Origin: Podarcis vaucheri | Lineage: Eukaryota | Reading direction: 5' to 3' (one strand) | DNA length: 64,000 nucleotides | NCBI GenBank assembly: GCA_965113315.1 | Contig: OZ220368.1 | Shown here: positions 37,430-51,242 of the stretch, one piece after another | How the letters are laid out: each line of letters starts with the position of its first letter | How positions within the stretch are numbered: position 1 is the stretch's first letter | The notes under the pieces: model-generated | Told to the model about the DNA's origin: nothing | The model's input: the letters and a program-made list of their open reading frames with translations, nothing else | The model's database searches: none | Position numbers and translations under genes: made by a program

Positions 37430-37893
37430 TAATAATAATAAGAATTTTTAATTTTTACCCCGCCCTCCCCAGCCAAGGCCGGGCTCAGGGCGGCTAACAA
37501 GCAATAATAAAAACAAGTTGAACCAATACAACTTAAAAACAAGATTAAAATACAACATTAAAATATTAAAATATTGAAATGCAGCCTCATCACAGGAGGA
37601 GAAAGGAAAAAGAAAGTGGGGGAGGGAATCAAATTGGCTCCAAGCCAAAGGCCAAACGGAACAACTCTGTCTTACAGGCCCTGTGGAAAGAAATCAGATC
37701 CTGCAGGGCCCTGGTCTCATGAGGCAGAGCGTTCCACCAGGCCGGAGCCAGTGCTGAAAAGGCCCTGGCTCTGGTTGAGGCTAATCTGACTTCCTTAGGG
37801 CCCAGGACCACTAGGGTGTTGCTGTTTATGGACCTTGAGGCTCTCCGTGGGGCATACCGGGAGAGGGGGTCCCGTAGGTACGAGGGTCCTAGG
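37430..37893 (-). mobile_element. L2-clade LINE 3' fragment
   Basis: Translates to TRARAFSALAPAWWNALP...FHRACKTELFRLAF. Confidence 0.82.
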
Positions 37894-39284
37894 CACTAAG
37901 TAGCGGTGCTTTCAGTAGTTAAAGGAGCGTCAAAGGAGTAACACAAACGCCTTTCCTGGACAGATTCATGCAGTGGCTTAACCTAAGACACCCTCCAGCA
38001 TATAACAATCCCTCCAAGCTGTTTTGCATTAGAAATAAATCCCTTTTAACTTTAATATTTCTCCTAATCAAAACCTGATCTGCTCCTTGCAGCTGCTTTG
38101 CTTCAGTTGTGGGAGTGGGGAACCTAGGGATGGCATGGATTGGACTGATGGAACGAGGGCATAGCGCCTCTGGGATCAGTTCCAGGTACAGTATCTCAGG
38201 CTGCAGCCCTGTGCAAAGCTACCTGAGAGTAAGCCTCATTTAAAACAGATGGACTTTATTCTGAGTAAGCATGCACAGGATTGTAGCCTCAGTGACCCAG
38301 TTAGTTTGGTAGACAGCTGGTGCCCTGTCTGCCTGCTGTGGGGACTGACGGCAGGGGCAGAGTGTGGGGAGGACACAGAATAGTCATGGCAATACACATT
38401 GCACTGGACCCATTTCTGTGGGCAAAAGAGCATGCGGACTTTTGAATTACATTGAGAAAAGGAGGAAAACAGGTAATTCTCAGTTATGTGTAAGGAGATG
38501 CATGCATATTCTGTTGTTTAAGAAACAGAAAATTGCTTAATCATGAAATGTTTAATTCTTCAAACACATCTAACATGGCTTCCAGGAAGGACTGAGGTAA
38601 AAACTGGCAGATTTTAAGAGCTATTCTAGCTGGTTCTTCACACACAGTGTGAACTCAGCACCATAGCTTGCCTTATACATTGACAAATCCTGGATGAGCC
38701 TTGTCCCTTCTGTTATGTATTGAGTGACGGTCCATATGGGAAGGTCTTGCACTTATTTAGGCAGGCGGTCTATCTACCCCCATATTGGCTGACAATTGGG
38801 CAGAGAGGTCCTTTTAAGTCTTGCTGTCCGAGGTCTTTTATTTGGAGATCTGAGAGACTGAACCATGGAACCTCTTCTGGTTTTTTTTATATAAGCAGCT
38901 CGTATTCGTTGATTTACCTAAAAGAAAACAAAATTGAAGGTTTGCTTTTGTTTTTAATGCAATCATTTAAAAGAGAACTATACCATACCTCCTCTGGGAA
39001 TTGTGTTGTCGATGGGATTGGTGCTAGCCAGTAGGTGCCCTCCACAGCTGGGATTAAACTAAAAGACACCGAAAAACTGCAGAACTGGGTTTTTCCCCCT
39101 AGCACCTATTCCAGAGAAAAAAGATGCATTGAATTACTGTGGTGCATTGTCAAGCTGCCTCTGCTACTCTTAAAAATATCTGACTTCACATTTAATGTCA
39201 GTACAGTAGTTCTTAAATTTTGTTGTGCTAAGGATACATATCCTGGATTTCTTCTTGCTTGAGGCCCACCAGAGATTTATTCTT

Positions 39285-39744
39285 TCTTTTTTTAAAATGA
39301 TATTTTATTAAAGTTTCCAAATTATAACAAGACAAATGAAAAAACAAAAAAACCCATAGAAAATAGAAACAGTTAAAAACACATTAATTTTCGTAACATA
39401 TCTTCATACACTTATTTCCCCAGACCTCCTCATCCCTCCCTTTTTTGTATTTCAGTTCAATTTGTTAGTTCAGCAAATCCTTACCATCAAATTTTTACCC
39501 TATTCTAATCCTTCATTACATTACCTTACTCTATTCTCCTCACTGTCTTATAAAGAACCTTAACCTAAATTTTATTTTTGATAACTTCCCTTAACCGTTG
39601 TATTCTTTCCTAATCCCTTAAACTTTTATACCAGAGCCAAGCAATTTCATTTCATGCATCCTTCTAATATTCATCAATTATATAAAATTGTCCTAATAAC
39701 AACGTCCCTTCCCCTAGGTCCCGGGTTTGTCAGTCCATTTATCC
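39285..39744 (-). mobile_element. L1-like 3'UTR fragment
   Basis: AATAAA plus A-tail on the minus strand, 16-bp TSD CCAG(A/G)GATTTATTCTT, and similarity to the 3'UTR of the 44101 element. Confidence 0.75.
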
Positions 39745-40328
39745 CCAGGGATTTATTCTTACTGATATGGCCAACCTATGAGAGGCTTGAAAGGCTTCCA
39801 GACTAAAACTCAGCTTCTATATTTGTCCCCCAAAGATATATGCACACACAGCCAGGAGGTTCTTTGATGTTTACAGCTACTTGCATGTGGAAGAGGCAAG
39901 TTGTTTTTAATTTTACATTTTAACTGAAAAGTGGCTTGCTCTTTGACATGTGGTGGAAACCTTAGAAAAAGATCAATTTTTCCAACTGTTTTCTATATTA
40001 GTTTCACTGCAATCTCATGAACCCCAAGGGGACACCAGAGCCTCTGGGGCTGAGCATTAAAACAGCTCAGTTTGGGGTTTGGATAATTACTACCAGTCAT
40101 CATTAATAAATAACCTTGCTATAGCTTTTCCCACCTTTTTCTCAATTTGATCCTTTTACATGGTTTTGTATGTTCTGCCATATTTTATGCATGTGACTTG
40201 CCATTCTTTTTATTGATTATAGTTTAGTAATTCTTTATTGCAATTGTTAAGTGAAAACTGTTTAATTATTATTTGCTGATTTTTAATTTTACTCTTTACC
40301 CAGCTAGATGGGCAGGGTATAAGTAATA

Positions 40329-40380
<52 letters not shown>

Positions 40381-41018
40381 AGATTTTTGTATGGCTTTGT
40401 TTGATGCAAGTTGTTTATTTTAAAGTTATGTTTTTAATATGACTTTTTGTGTATTGGATCAGATTGTTATTGGGTATGTGGTCTTTGCTGCCCATTTTGT
40501 TGTTTCTTCAGCTTGTAAATCACCTTGTTTTTAATAACATAGAAAAGCGGCGTACAAATTAAAAATGAAACGTGTGTAGGTAGATCTAAAGTCTGGACTC
40601 CTTCACCAAATGAAGTTACTCTAATTAAAAAATGTATCACTTTCCCCCTCTCTCTGTCTCCCTCTTTTAAACCCCAGCTCATATAATGCCCCCTCTGCAA
40701 GCCCTTTGGCTTCTAATATTGCATCTCTAAGTTGCCTTTTATTTACTTTTCCAGCCTTGTGGGAGCAACTTATCTGTAAATGACTCAGCTATGTGAGTGA
40801 GTCCTAATCATGCAGGCCGGGACTATGGAATAAGCACCCGAATTCCATAGTCTCCAATTGCCACGAAAATGCTGGGACCTTCACAAAACCCCTTAACCCT
40901 TGTGCATTTGGGTGAAGGGAAATCCCAGGACAGCTGGGGGAGGAAATGCCTGGGGGTGTGTGTGTCTGTATAGCTGATGCATCCAGAATTCACCAAAGCA
41001 CCAGGATGCTCCAGTTGG

Positions 41019-41534
41019 TTTGTTGTTTAGTCGTTTAGTCGTGTCCGACTCTTCGTGACCCCCTGGACCAGAGCACGTCAGGCACTCCTGTCTTCCACTG
41101 CCTCCCGCAGTTTGGTCAGACTCACGCTGGTAGCTTCAAGAACACCGTCCCACCATCTCGTCCTCTGTTGTCCCCTTCTCCTTGTGCCCTCCATCTTTCC
41201 CAACATCAGGGTCTTTTCCAGGGAGTCTTCTCTTCTCATGAGGTGGCCAAAGTCTTGGAGCCTCAGCTTCACAATCTGTCCTTCCAGTGAGCACTCAGGG
41301 CTGATTTCCTTCAGAATGGATCGGTCTGATCTTCTTGCAGTCCATGGGACTCTCAAGACTCTCCTCCAGCACCATAATTCAAAAGCATCAATTCTTTGGC
41401 GATCAGCCTTCTTTATGGTCCAGCTCTCACTTCCGTACATCACTACTGGGAAAACCATAGTTTTAACTATATGGACCTTTGTCAGCAAGGTGATGTCTCT
41501 GCTTTTTAAGATGCTGTCTAGGTTTGTCATTGCT
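41019..41534 (-). mobile_element. Bov-B LINE 3' fragment
   Basis: ORF MTNLDSILKSRDITLLTKVHIVKTMVFPVVMYGSESW..., with CAA tail. Confidence 0.92.
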
Positions 41535-42513
41535 CCTCAGTACAAAAATAAAAAATGGTGTCTGAGCTGCAGAGCACAGATATGCACATGAGGTCATCTT
41601 GGAAGTGCGCTGAAAAAGGAGGAGGCTGTCAGGGCAGGAAGGAAGAATGTCGTGTTACGGTTTCCTGCTGAGGCAGGCAAAGGAAGTGATCTCACAGAGT
41701 TCTCTCTAGCAGATTTTACAGGAAAGCTCTGTGAGCCTCAGCCCCTTCATGTGTCTGTCTGGCAAAGCATGAATTGTTGGTTTGACTGCGATAATGTGCC
41801 ACAGATATGTCCTTATGCTATGTGCTAGTAGACGGGAGGAAATTCAGATTTGGGGGAAATGGAACGGGTTGGGGAGAAGGTAGATGTCATGGGAAAGAGA
41901 CTCTGTATAAGACAAGCAGGTGATGTGTGGGAAAATACTGGATCATTTTTTAAATGGAGTAGAATCTCCAAGCATGTAATAAAGGGAATTTTGTCCTGCT
42001 CTAGAGCTCTCACAGGGTGAATGCTATTTGTGGGAATTTAACCTTCTTAGAGACCCAAATCCCTCTAATACACCCTTCCCCCCCCACTGCGTTTTTAAGC
42101 CCAAATTGGACTATTGCTTTGTCTGATTTTAATCTCTCTTGCCCACATCAAGCACATCTGTTCTGTGCCAGAGGGCAGGAAGCCCCCCACAAAAATGCCC
42201 ATTCTTGATTGCCCTCCTGTTTCCTCCTGATCTTTCCCAAACACATTTGTTGTACGGCAGACTGAAGCAGTGAGATGTGCCTGGGAACCAGCAGAAAGTT
42301 TTAGCATGCCAATATTAAATACAGCATAGCTAGTGTCGGGTGAGCCTATTTTTAAAAACCTTGGTGGGGAGTATTAAACACACTGCGTTATTTAAGAGGT
42401 GCTCCTAAATTGTTTAAGTGCACGCTTAACAATTTAAGCGTGTTTCCTGGCATGCATATCCTGCTACCTTTGTCAGGGACCAGTGGTAGGCTACAGCTCC
42501 TTCTTTAAGTGTA

Positions 42514-42680
42514 CCATGTTTTTCCATGTATAAGACTAGGTTTTTTAACCAAAAAATTAGGTTTAAAATTGGGGCTCGTCTTATACATGGGTAGTGCTGA
42601 GGGGTGTTTTCTTAATTTGGAGTCCCCCAAAATATGAGGTGTCTTATACATGGGGGCATCTTATACATGGAAAAATACGG
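42514..42680. mobile_element. Tc1/mariner (Tc2/pogo-like, CCGTATTT TIR) MITE
   Basis: TA|CCATGTTTTTCCATGTATAAGA...TCTTATACATGGAAAAATACGG|TA. Confidence 0.75.
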
Positions 42681-42728
42681 TATATCTGGTGCCAAACCCA
42701 GGCTTGCCTTGTGAAATAGTCTTTAGAT

Positions 42729-42972
42729 CAGGGGTCAGCAACCTTTTTCAGCCGTGGGCCGGTCCACCGTCCCTCAGACCATGTGGTGGGCCAGACTATA
42801 TTTTGAAAAAAATAAATGAAGGAATTCCTATGCCCCACAAATAACCCAGGGATGCATTTTATATAAAAGGATACTTACATAAAAACACGCCGATTCCTGG
42901 ACCGTCCGCAGGCCGGATTTAGAAGGTGATTGGGCTGCATCCGGCCCCTGGCCCTTAGGTTGCCTATTCCTG
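42729..42972. mobile_element. hAT/Charlie-type MITE
   Basis: TIRs CAGGGGTCAGCAACCT / AGGTTGCCTATTCCTG and TSD CTTTAGAT/CTTTAGAC. Confidence 0.82.
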
Positions 42973-43222
42973 CTTTAGACTGATGCTGACATATGGCAGA
43001 CTAGTGCCACAGATTCCTCTGCAGAAAGTTGTTAGGAAAGCCCTGCTCCGCTCACGGAACTACAATTCCCAGAGTTGTTTTAACAATCTCTTCACAGGCA
43101 AACTCGAGGGGTGGTAGTTCTTTGGGGGGGGGAATAGGATTGCCTAGCAAACTCTCTGCACCCTTAACAAACTACAGCTCACAGAATTCTTTGGCGGAAA
43201 CCATGGCCAAGGGGTATCATAA

Positions 43223-43573
43223 AAGGTAAAGGGACCCCTGACCATTAGGTCCAGTCGTGGCCGACTCTGGGGTTGCGGTGCTCATCTTGCTTTATTGGCC
43301 GAGGGAGCCGGCGTACAGCTTCCGGGTCATGTGGCCAGCATGACTAAGCCACTTCTGGCGAAACCAGAGCAGCGCACGGAAACGGCGTTTACCTTCCCAC
43401 CGGAGTGGTACCTATTTATCTACTTGCACTTTGACGTGCTTTCGAACTGCTAGGTTGGCAGGAGCAGGGACCGAGCAACGGGAGCTCACCCCGTCGCGGG
43501 GATTCGAACAGCTAACCTTCTAATCCGCAAGTCCTAGGCTCTGTGGTTTAACACACAGCGCCACCCGCATTCC
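43223..43573 (-). mobile_element. Sauria SINE
   Basis: Full length, with TSD GGTATCATAA. Confidence 0.92.
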
Positions 43574-44100
43574 TAGTGGTATCATAAGGAGCTTCAAATG
43601 TGAGGTGTGACTGTTGTTATAGTCTTCCCATTTTGATTGTGGGTTTGTTTGCGGCTCTTGGGATGAAACCTGATACTTCTCCCTGCCGTATCTTTTTTTT
43701 GCCATTAGCGGCTGAGGAACATGTAATAGGCCAGATGCTCAATTAACATGGATCATTTGAAGCCATAATGTAGAGAGTGGGGGGTTGTGTTTATGCAAGG
43801 GATTACAGCAACAGGAAGAGGACAGCTAATGGTTCCCTGGGGATGGTGTTTGCTGCATCTATTTTTTTTATTTTGTAAACCGTCTTTAGAGATTATGGGT
43901 AGTGTTCAGCTAAATTTTACTCGTAGTAAACCCATTTAAATTAATGAACATGATTCAAATAGGTCTTACTAATTTTAGCGGGCCTACTCTGAGTAGAACC
44001 TATGCTGTGTACACAATATATACATTTGAAGGGGGCGCACACACCCCGTCAAAGAATTCTGGGAGCTGAAAACAAGTGATTGCTTAGAAATAGCCATTTC

Positions 44101-44650
44101 TTTTTTATATATATAAAATTTTATTGATTTTTCACAAATTTTATAAACACAGACAATACACAATACAAACAAACAAACACATAAACAAACATGTATAATT
44201 TCAAATCCTTTTTTCCCCTTAAGCCTTACTTCACCGACTTCCCCATACCTCCCCTTTCTGCATCCCAGTTTCAACTTTGTTTCAGCAAATCCTGCCCCTT
44301 GGTTTAATCAAATTTTCCCTTATTCTTTTCTTCTACTTAATCTTTTACCGCTGTAATCCCCCTTTTTCTTAAACCTCAACATTTTAACATTCATTAATTT
44401 TACAATATTTCTTAAGATAGATTTTAAATTTCTTCCAATCTTCTTCCGCCGTCTCTTTCCCCTGGTCCCGGATTCTGCCAGTCATCTCTGCCAGTCCCAT
44501 ATAGTCCATCACCTTCATCTGCCATTCTTCCAGAGTGGGTAGATCCTGTGTCTTCCAATACTTTGCAATAAGAATTCTTGCTGCTGTTGTGGCATACATG
44601 AAAAAAGTCCTGTCCTTCTTTAACACCAGTTGGCCGGCCATACCCAAAAA
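44101..44650 (-). mobile_element. L1-clade LINE 3' fragment (ORF2 C-terminus + 3'UTR)
   Basis: Translates to YATTAARILIAKYWKTQDLPTLEEW...WKKFKIYLKKYCK. A-rich tail and perfect 15-bp TSD AGAAATAGCCATTTC. Confidence 0.88.
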
Positions 44651-44749
44651 AGAAATAGCCATTTCACCAAATAACTTGAAAACTGGCCCCTTTCAGGCTT
44701 GATTTAGGGTGACTCGCAAGGATGGCAAAAATGAAGAATCCCCTATTAG

Positions 44750-45275
44750 CATAGGAGCCAACTCCTAGGGGCCAAGGTTGTGTCAGCACCCCCAATAAAT
44801 ATTTGAGGGCCTCCCCACAAGTTGAGGGTGTGCATGCACATCTTGTGATTATGCATGGCAGGGCTTAAAAGGTAAAGGTAAAGGGACCCCTGACCATTAG
44901 GTCCAGTTGCGGACGACTCTGGGGTTGCGGCGCTCATCTCGCTTTACTGGCTGAGGGAGCCAGCATGCAGCTCCCAGGTCATGTGGCCAGCATGACTAAG
45001 CCGCTTCTGGCGAACCAGAGCAGCGCACGGAAATGCTGTTTACCTTCCCGCCGGAGCAGTAACTATTTATCTACTTGCACTTTTTGGCGTGCTTTTGAAC
45101 TCCTAGGTGGGCAGGAGCAGGGACCGAGCAACGGGAGCTCACCCCGTCGCGGGGATTCGAACCGCTGACCTTCTGATCGGCAAGTCCTAGGCTCTGTGGT
45201 TTAACCCACAGCACCACCCGCGTCCCTTAGGGCAGGGCTTACCCCCCCCCTATTTTATTCATGTTGGCACACCTG
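44750..45275. mobile_element. hAT-type MITE interrupted by a Sauria SINE
   Basis: TIRs CATAGGAGCCAAC / GTTGGCACACCTG. The SINE at 44868-45226 is flanked by the duplication GGCAGGGCTTA. Confidence 0.7.
44868..45226 (-). mobile_element. Sauria SINE (nested in a MITE)
   Basis: Full length, with TSD GGCAGGGCTTA. Confidence 0.9.
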
Positions 45276-46026
45276 CTTGTTAGCATTCATATCTCATTCT
45301 CTGGACACCCAAAAACCACATAATGTTTGGCTGGCTGGCTGTGCAAAACCTGTGCAGCTTTCAAAGCTCCCAGTGGCATGTCGTAAGATAATATTTTGCT
45401 CTGCGGACCTCCCTCCGGTGCTCCTTTGTTGGCATTAATGAGCTTTTTAATCCAACAGTTAATATCCCCCCTCATTTCGCCAGTTGTTTGGATCTCTCTC
45501 GAGTGGTGAAATGGCTGCTTGATCTGCCCTGCAGAAATGAGTGTTTTTGCTTTTAGTTAAAACCTCTTTAATGGCATTACATAAGCAGGTTTTAAAGGAA
45601 GAAACGGCTCTCGTGTGGGCATCACTCAGCAGGATAAGCCTTGGAGCCAATTCTACTGTAATATTCTGCCCCCCCCCATGGAAGAACACCCTTGAAGGCA
45701 TAGACATGAAATGCAGAGTCCATGCGGAATTTGCAGGAAAGATAGAAGGCAGCCGAGTCTCTGGTCTGAGGATCTTCCTTGCAAATGAGTTTGTATTCTC
45801 TTGACATTCTTCTGTCTTGGACTCCAGGGAGCCACCACAGAAAAGGCCCGTTCTCATGTTGACACCTTCCGGACCTCTGAATTGGAGATTGAGCAGTAAA
45901 GAGGGAGTTTTCCCAGGGAAACAGAAAACTGCTTGGACCTGTAGTTTCTCGGCACAGCACAAGTGGAAGTGTAGATGAGCCCTTAATAGCAAACTCAATT
46001 GGTCAGGTGCCTTTCAGTATAGAAGT

Positions 46027-46154
46027 NNNNNNNNNNNNNNNNNNNNNNNNNNNNNNNNNNNNNNNNNNNNNNNNNNNNNNNNNNNNNNNNNNNNNNNNNN
46101 NNNNNNNNNNNNNNNNNNNNNNNNNNNNNNNNNNNNNNNNNNNNNNNNNNNNNN
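46027..46154. other. Assembly gap (128 N)
   Basis: Run of N. Confidence 1.
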
Positions 46155-46231
46155 TAGAGTGGGACAAAAATAGAAAAAGCTAAAAATGTAGAAAAGATAG
46201 TCATTAGAAGGTCATTAAAAATACTAATGAA

Positions 46232-46582
46232 GGGATGCGGGTGGTGCAGTGGGTTAAACCACAGAGCCTAGGGCTTGCTGATCAGAAGGTCGGTGGTTCG
46301 AATCCCCGCAACGGGTTGAGCTCCTGTTGCTCGGTCCCTGCTCCTGCCAACCTAGCAGTTCAAAAGCACATCAAAGTGCAAGTAGATAAATAGGTACCGC
46401 TCTGGCGGGAAGGTAAACGGCGTTTCCGTGCACTGCTCTGGTTCGCCAGAAGCAGATTAGTCCTGCTGGCCACAAGACTTGGAAGCTGTACGCCGGCTCC
46501 CTCGGCCAATAAAGCAAGATGAGCGCCGCAACCCCAGAGTCGGTCACGGCTGGACCTAATGGTCAGGGGTCCCTTTACCTTT
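46232..46582 (+). mobile_element. Sauria SINE
   Basis: Full length, with TSD AAAAA(T/C)ACTAAT. Confidence 0.9.
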
Positions 46583-47183
46583 AAAAACACTAATAGAATT
46601 AAAACAATGTTTTAAAAATCTATTAAAAATACAGATAATAACAATTTTTAAAAGTTAGTGCTTTCTATATAGGGAGACTCATTAGATGTTTCAAGTTGGC
46701 AACATATTTAAGAGGTTTTTAGAAGTCTCCAGAATGGCCCTGTGAGCTTCTGCATCCTGTGGAATGTTCAGGTCACCCTGATAAGATAATACAAGAGTAA
46801 ATGACATCATTTTCTGGGCAGGGAACTTCTGCGCTCACCTAACATAGAAATTCTTGTCTGTGCTGCTACCGTACATTGTGGGGTGGGGAGCTACACTGCC
46901 ACCCAATCACAATTACCTGGATTCATTCAACTTTTTTTCCATGAGCAGCAGAACCAGGAGCTGATACTTGAGCAGGTCTCCAAAAGGGGTACAGAAAATA
47001 AAGGAAAGCAAGGTACCATAAAATGGGGAGGAGAAGTGCAGTGGTGAAGCAAGGGGGGGGGCAAACTGGAGTAGGACAATGGAAGGGGGGGTGAGGAGAG
47101 GGAATGTGCCACTCTCTTCTCAGGTACAGTTGCTGGGAACATGACCCACTGTATAGCATCCTACCCAATAACTCAGATTATCC

Positions 47184-47229
<46 letters not shown>

Positions 47230-48322
47230 CACCCTTCATCTGAAGATCCCAGGTCCATTCACAACAGAAAGATGCAAAATATATAGTAAAACAAGAACAA
47301 GCCAACGCCCCCCCAACACATTTAAAAAGCCATAGTTGAAGAGAAATGTTTTCTGAGTCTTGTTTCTCAACCATCCTTAGATCCTTTTGCTGTTTTATTG
47401 TCTGTGAGTTTCAACTTCCTGGGTTCTTTTAATGCTATTTTTAGCATGGTAACATACCTGTTATTTACATAGATATTTTAAATAATTTGGGCTGTTGTTA
47501 TATTTACTTTGATTTTTTTGCTGATTCTATCTGGTTGACATCTCCACTGGAAGGGGAAAGCAGGAGAGATATCTTAGAATTAATAATAATAATAAATAAT
47601 AACAACAGATCCATGTGATAAAGGATGCCCTTGATCTTTTGTAAGATCCCGGAATCAAATGAAATCATATGAAGGCATTCACAAGGAAATAATGAATCTT
47701 GCCTAGTCCTGTTAAATTCCTAATTGCTTATGGCACACATAATTGCCTATTTCGCTGTTTGTTTTGTGAAGACAATAAGCAATGATTTAAAAAGGATGGT
47801 CTTGGAGTAGCACCCAACCTCGTGCTCGCCAGATGTTTTAGACTATGACTCCCATCAGCCCAGCCATCACAGGGGTTGTAGTCTAAAACATCTGGAAAAC
47901 ATCAGGTTGGGGAAGGCTAAGGGCACTTCCTGGCTCCCTCTTCTTCCAGTCAGGCCGCTGTCACCTTCAGCCATGAGTCATATGGATGGGATGAATCACA
48001 GAAGACGACTGAGAGATTTAGATGCAAGATGAAGAGGTAAAGCGTGGAGCCACGGTCCTAAAGCATGGATTTCAGCTAGGGCAGCAGGAGGGAGGCAAAC
48101 ACCTGGCTTGTGTCCTTCCTCCTTGCTGTTGAACAGAAAGGATGCTTTTGATATCAAGAAAAACCACATTGCATTTGGTGTCATGTGCGATAAGGCCAAT
48201 ATCTTAAATATTAGGGTGTGGTGGGTGAATGGTAGTTGTATTGATATTTATTGTCGGCATTTACAAATATAAAGCTGGCATTGCACAGAGGTAGATAATT
48301 GGGCCATTATATAGCCTAACAT

Positions 48323-48673
48323 GGGACGCGGGTGGTGCTGTGGGTTAAACCACAAAGCCTAGGGCTTGCTGATCAGAAGGTTGGCGGTTCGAATCCCCGC
48401 GACGGGGTGAGCTCCTGTTGCTCGGTCCCTGCTCCTGCCAACCTAGCAGTTCAAAAGCACGTCAAAATGCAAGTAGATAAATAGGTACCACTCCGGCAGG
48501 AAGGTAAACAGCGTTTCCGTGCGCTGCTCTGGTTTCCCCAGAAGCGGCTTAGTCCTGCTGGCCACATGACCCGGAAGCTGTACGCCGGCTCCCTCGGCCA
48601 ATAAAGTGAGATGAGCGCTTCAACCCCAGAGTCGGTCACGACTGGACCTGATGGTCAGGGGTCCCTTTACCTT
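48323..48673 (+). mobile_element. Sauria SINE
   Basis: Full length, with TSD TATAGCCTA(A/C)CAT. Confidence 0.92.
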
Positions 48674-49066
48674 TATAGCCTACCATGACTATATAATCTC
48701 AGGTAGGGGTTCTCTCCCCAAAAAAGGTTTTGCCTCTATGATTCTATGATTCCATTGCGAATAAAATGCTGGAGAGTTACAGTCATAGAAATTGATATTT
48801 AATATTCCATAAAATAAATTCTACAAACACATGTTTATAAAGCATTCCTGCACCCTATTTATAAGATACAGTCTAATTAAAATTGGAATGGTCAGATACA
48901 TTTCAACTTTTAGTCTTCATCAGTGGCCTCCCTTTTGAGCATTTTATCCTTAACTCCATGGTCATTTTCTCTTCAGGAGAACATATCTTTCCCCCCTCAT
49001 GCTTGTCAGCTTAGCCTACCTCACAGGGTAGTTAAGAGGGTAAAATGGGAAGAGGAAGAACCGTTT

Positions 49067-50008
49067 CATAGAATCATAGAATCATAGAGTTGGAAGAGAC
49101 CACAAGGGCCATCGAGTCCAACCCCCTGCCAAGCAGGAAACACCATCAGAGCACTCCTGACATATGGTTGTCAAGCCTCTGCTTAAAGACCTCCAAAGTA
49201 GGAGACTCCACCACACTCCTTGGCAGCAAATTCCACTGTCGAACAGCTCTTACTGTCAGGAAGTTCTTCCTCATGTTTAGGTGGAATCTTCTTTCTTGTA
49301 GTTTGGATCCATTGCTCCGTGTCCGCTTCTCTGGAGCAGCAGAAAACAACCTTTCTCCCTCCTCTATATGACATCCTTTTATATATTTGAACATGGCTAT
49401 CATATCACCCCTTAACCTCCTCTTCTCCAGGCTAAACATGCCCAGCTCCCTTAGCCGTTCCTCATAAGGCATCGTTTCCAGGCCTTTGACCATTTCGGTT
49501 GCCCTCCTCTGGACACGTTCCAGTTTGTCAGTGTCTTTCTTGAACTGTGGTGCCCAGAACTGGACACAGTACTCCAGGTGAGGTCTGACCAGAGCAGAAT
49601 ACAGTGGCACTATTACTTCCCTTGATCTAGATGCTATACTCCTATTGATGTGGCCCAGAATTGCATTGGCTTTTTTAGCTGCCGCGTCACACTGTTGGCT
49701 CATGTCAAGTTTGTGGTCAACCAAGACTCCTAGATCCTTTTCACATGTACTGCTCTCAAGCCAGGTGTCACCCATCTTGTATTTGTGCCTCTCATTTTTT
49801 TTTGCCCAAGTGCAAAACTTTACATTTCTCCCTGTTAAAATTCATCTTGTTTGTTTTGGCCCAGTTCTCTAATCTGTCAAGGTCGTTTTGAAGTGTGATC
49901 CTGTCCTCTGGGGTGTTAGCCACCCCTCCCAGTTTGGTGTCATCTGCAAATTTGATCAGGATGCCCTTGAGTCCATCATCCAAGTCGTTGATAAAGATGT
50001 TGAATAAG
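49067..50008 (-). mobile_element. CR1 LINE 3' fragment (RT C-terminus)
   Basis: Motifs [28 protein letters not shown] and [12 protein letters not shown]-like, with (ATTCTATG)n tail. One frameshift in the T-run near 49795-49803. Confidence 0.93.
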
Positions 50009-50888
50009 TTTGTACCACCTTGAGCTCCTTGGAGGAAAGGCGAGATATAAATGTAAAAACAGCGTGAGCAACACCACAATGCCAGAGAAAAACAAACAAA
50101 ACAAAGGCCCTCCAAAACATATTCAAAAGCTTTTGCTATCAAAATGAAACAGTGGTTGTGTTAGGGCTGCCTTTAGCCATTTCAGCAACTCTGAAAAGCA
50201 TTTAAAAATTGTGCCTCCCCGTTCTTTCCACAACGCCAGCAGCCTTTTCACACTGGTCCAAAAAGCCCTGTGGCTTCTCCGTCCCCCGTGGGAGCAACTG
50301 AAGTGGTTGCCATGGAGCTCATGTCTGCCATGAATTCCTTCCGGTGCTTCAAACTGTTAAGTTGCACACAGCTTTTGGAAGTTGCTTGTCTGACACCCCC
50401 GGCCTCTGGAACAGAATGTACTTTCAGTGCACTAACTGGAGCTCTTACCAGCACTGCCAAGACTCTTCCTGAAGTTCTTTACAGAGCAGGTTGGTGAGCG
50501 CCAAGTCTTCACGTCAAGACTGTTGCTTTCAGTTTTATTTAGTCATCTTTTGGACTTTGGGTAGGTTGAGACTCCAAAGATCAGATCCAACTGCTGGGCA
50601 CTACTGCAAGCCAGATATGTTTCAAGCATCAATGCTTCTCCGGATAATACATAAATGCTAATAATGTCATGGGGTGGAGGACATTTCATAGAATTGGAAG
50701 GGAGCCTGAGGATCATCTCGTCTGTTCCACTGTCGAACAGCTCTTACTGTCCGATGCTTCCTGATGTTTAGTCGGAATCAGGGGTGCCAATATGAATAAA
50801 ATATTTGGGGGGGGGGAGGTAATCCCTGCCTCACATAATTGTTCACATGACACAGCACTTGCACACCATTTGAATGACACTACCACGA

Positions 50889-51242
50889 GGGACATGAGTG
50901 GCGCTGTGGGTTAAACCACAGAGCCTAGGGCTTGCTGATCAGAAGGTCGGCGGTTCAAATCCCTGTGATGGGGTGAGCTCCTGTTGCTCAGTCCCTGCTC
51001 CTGCCAACCTAGCAGTTCGAAAGCATGTCAAAGTACAAGTAGATAAATAGGTACTGCTCCTGCGGGAACGTAAACGGCGTTTCCATGCGCTGTTCTGGTT
51101 CGCCAGAAGCGGCTTAGTCATGCTGGCCACATGACCCGGAAGCTGTATGCCGGCTCTCTCAGCCAATAAAGCGAGATTAGCACCACAACCCCAGAGTCGT
51201 CCGCGACTGGACCTAATGATCAGGGGTCCCTTTAACTTTACC
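50889..51242 (+). mobile_element. Sauria SINE (within a hAT-MITE remnant starting ~50779)
   Basis: Full-length similarity to the other copies. Confidence 0.88.

Noticed and set aside
49146-49775. 209-aa ORF as a host gene
   Set aside because: It is the C-terminus of CR1 ORF2 in a 5'-truncated, frameshifted copy.
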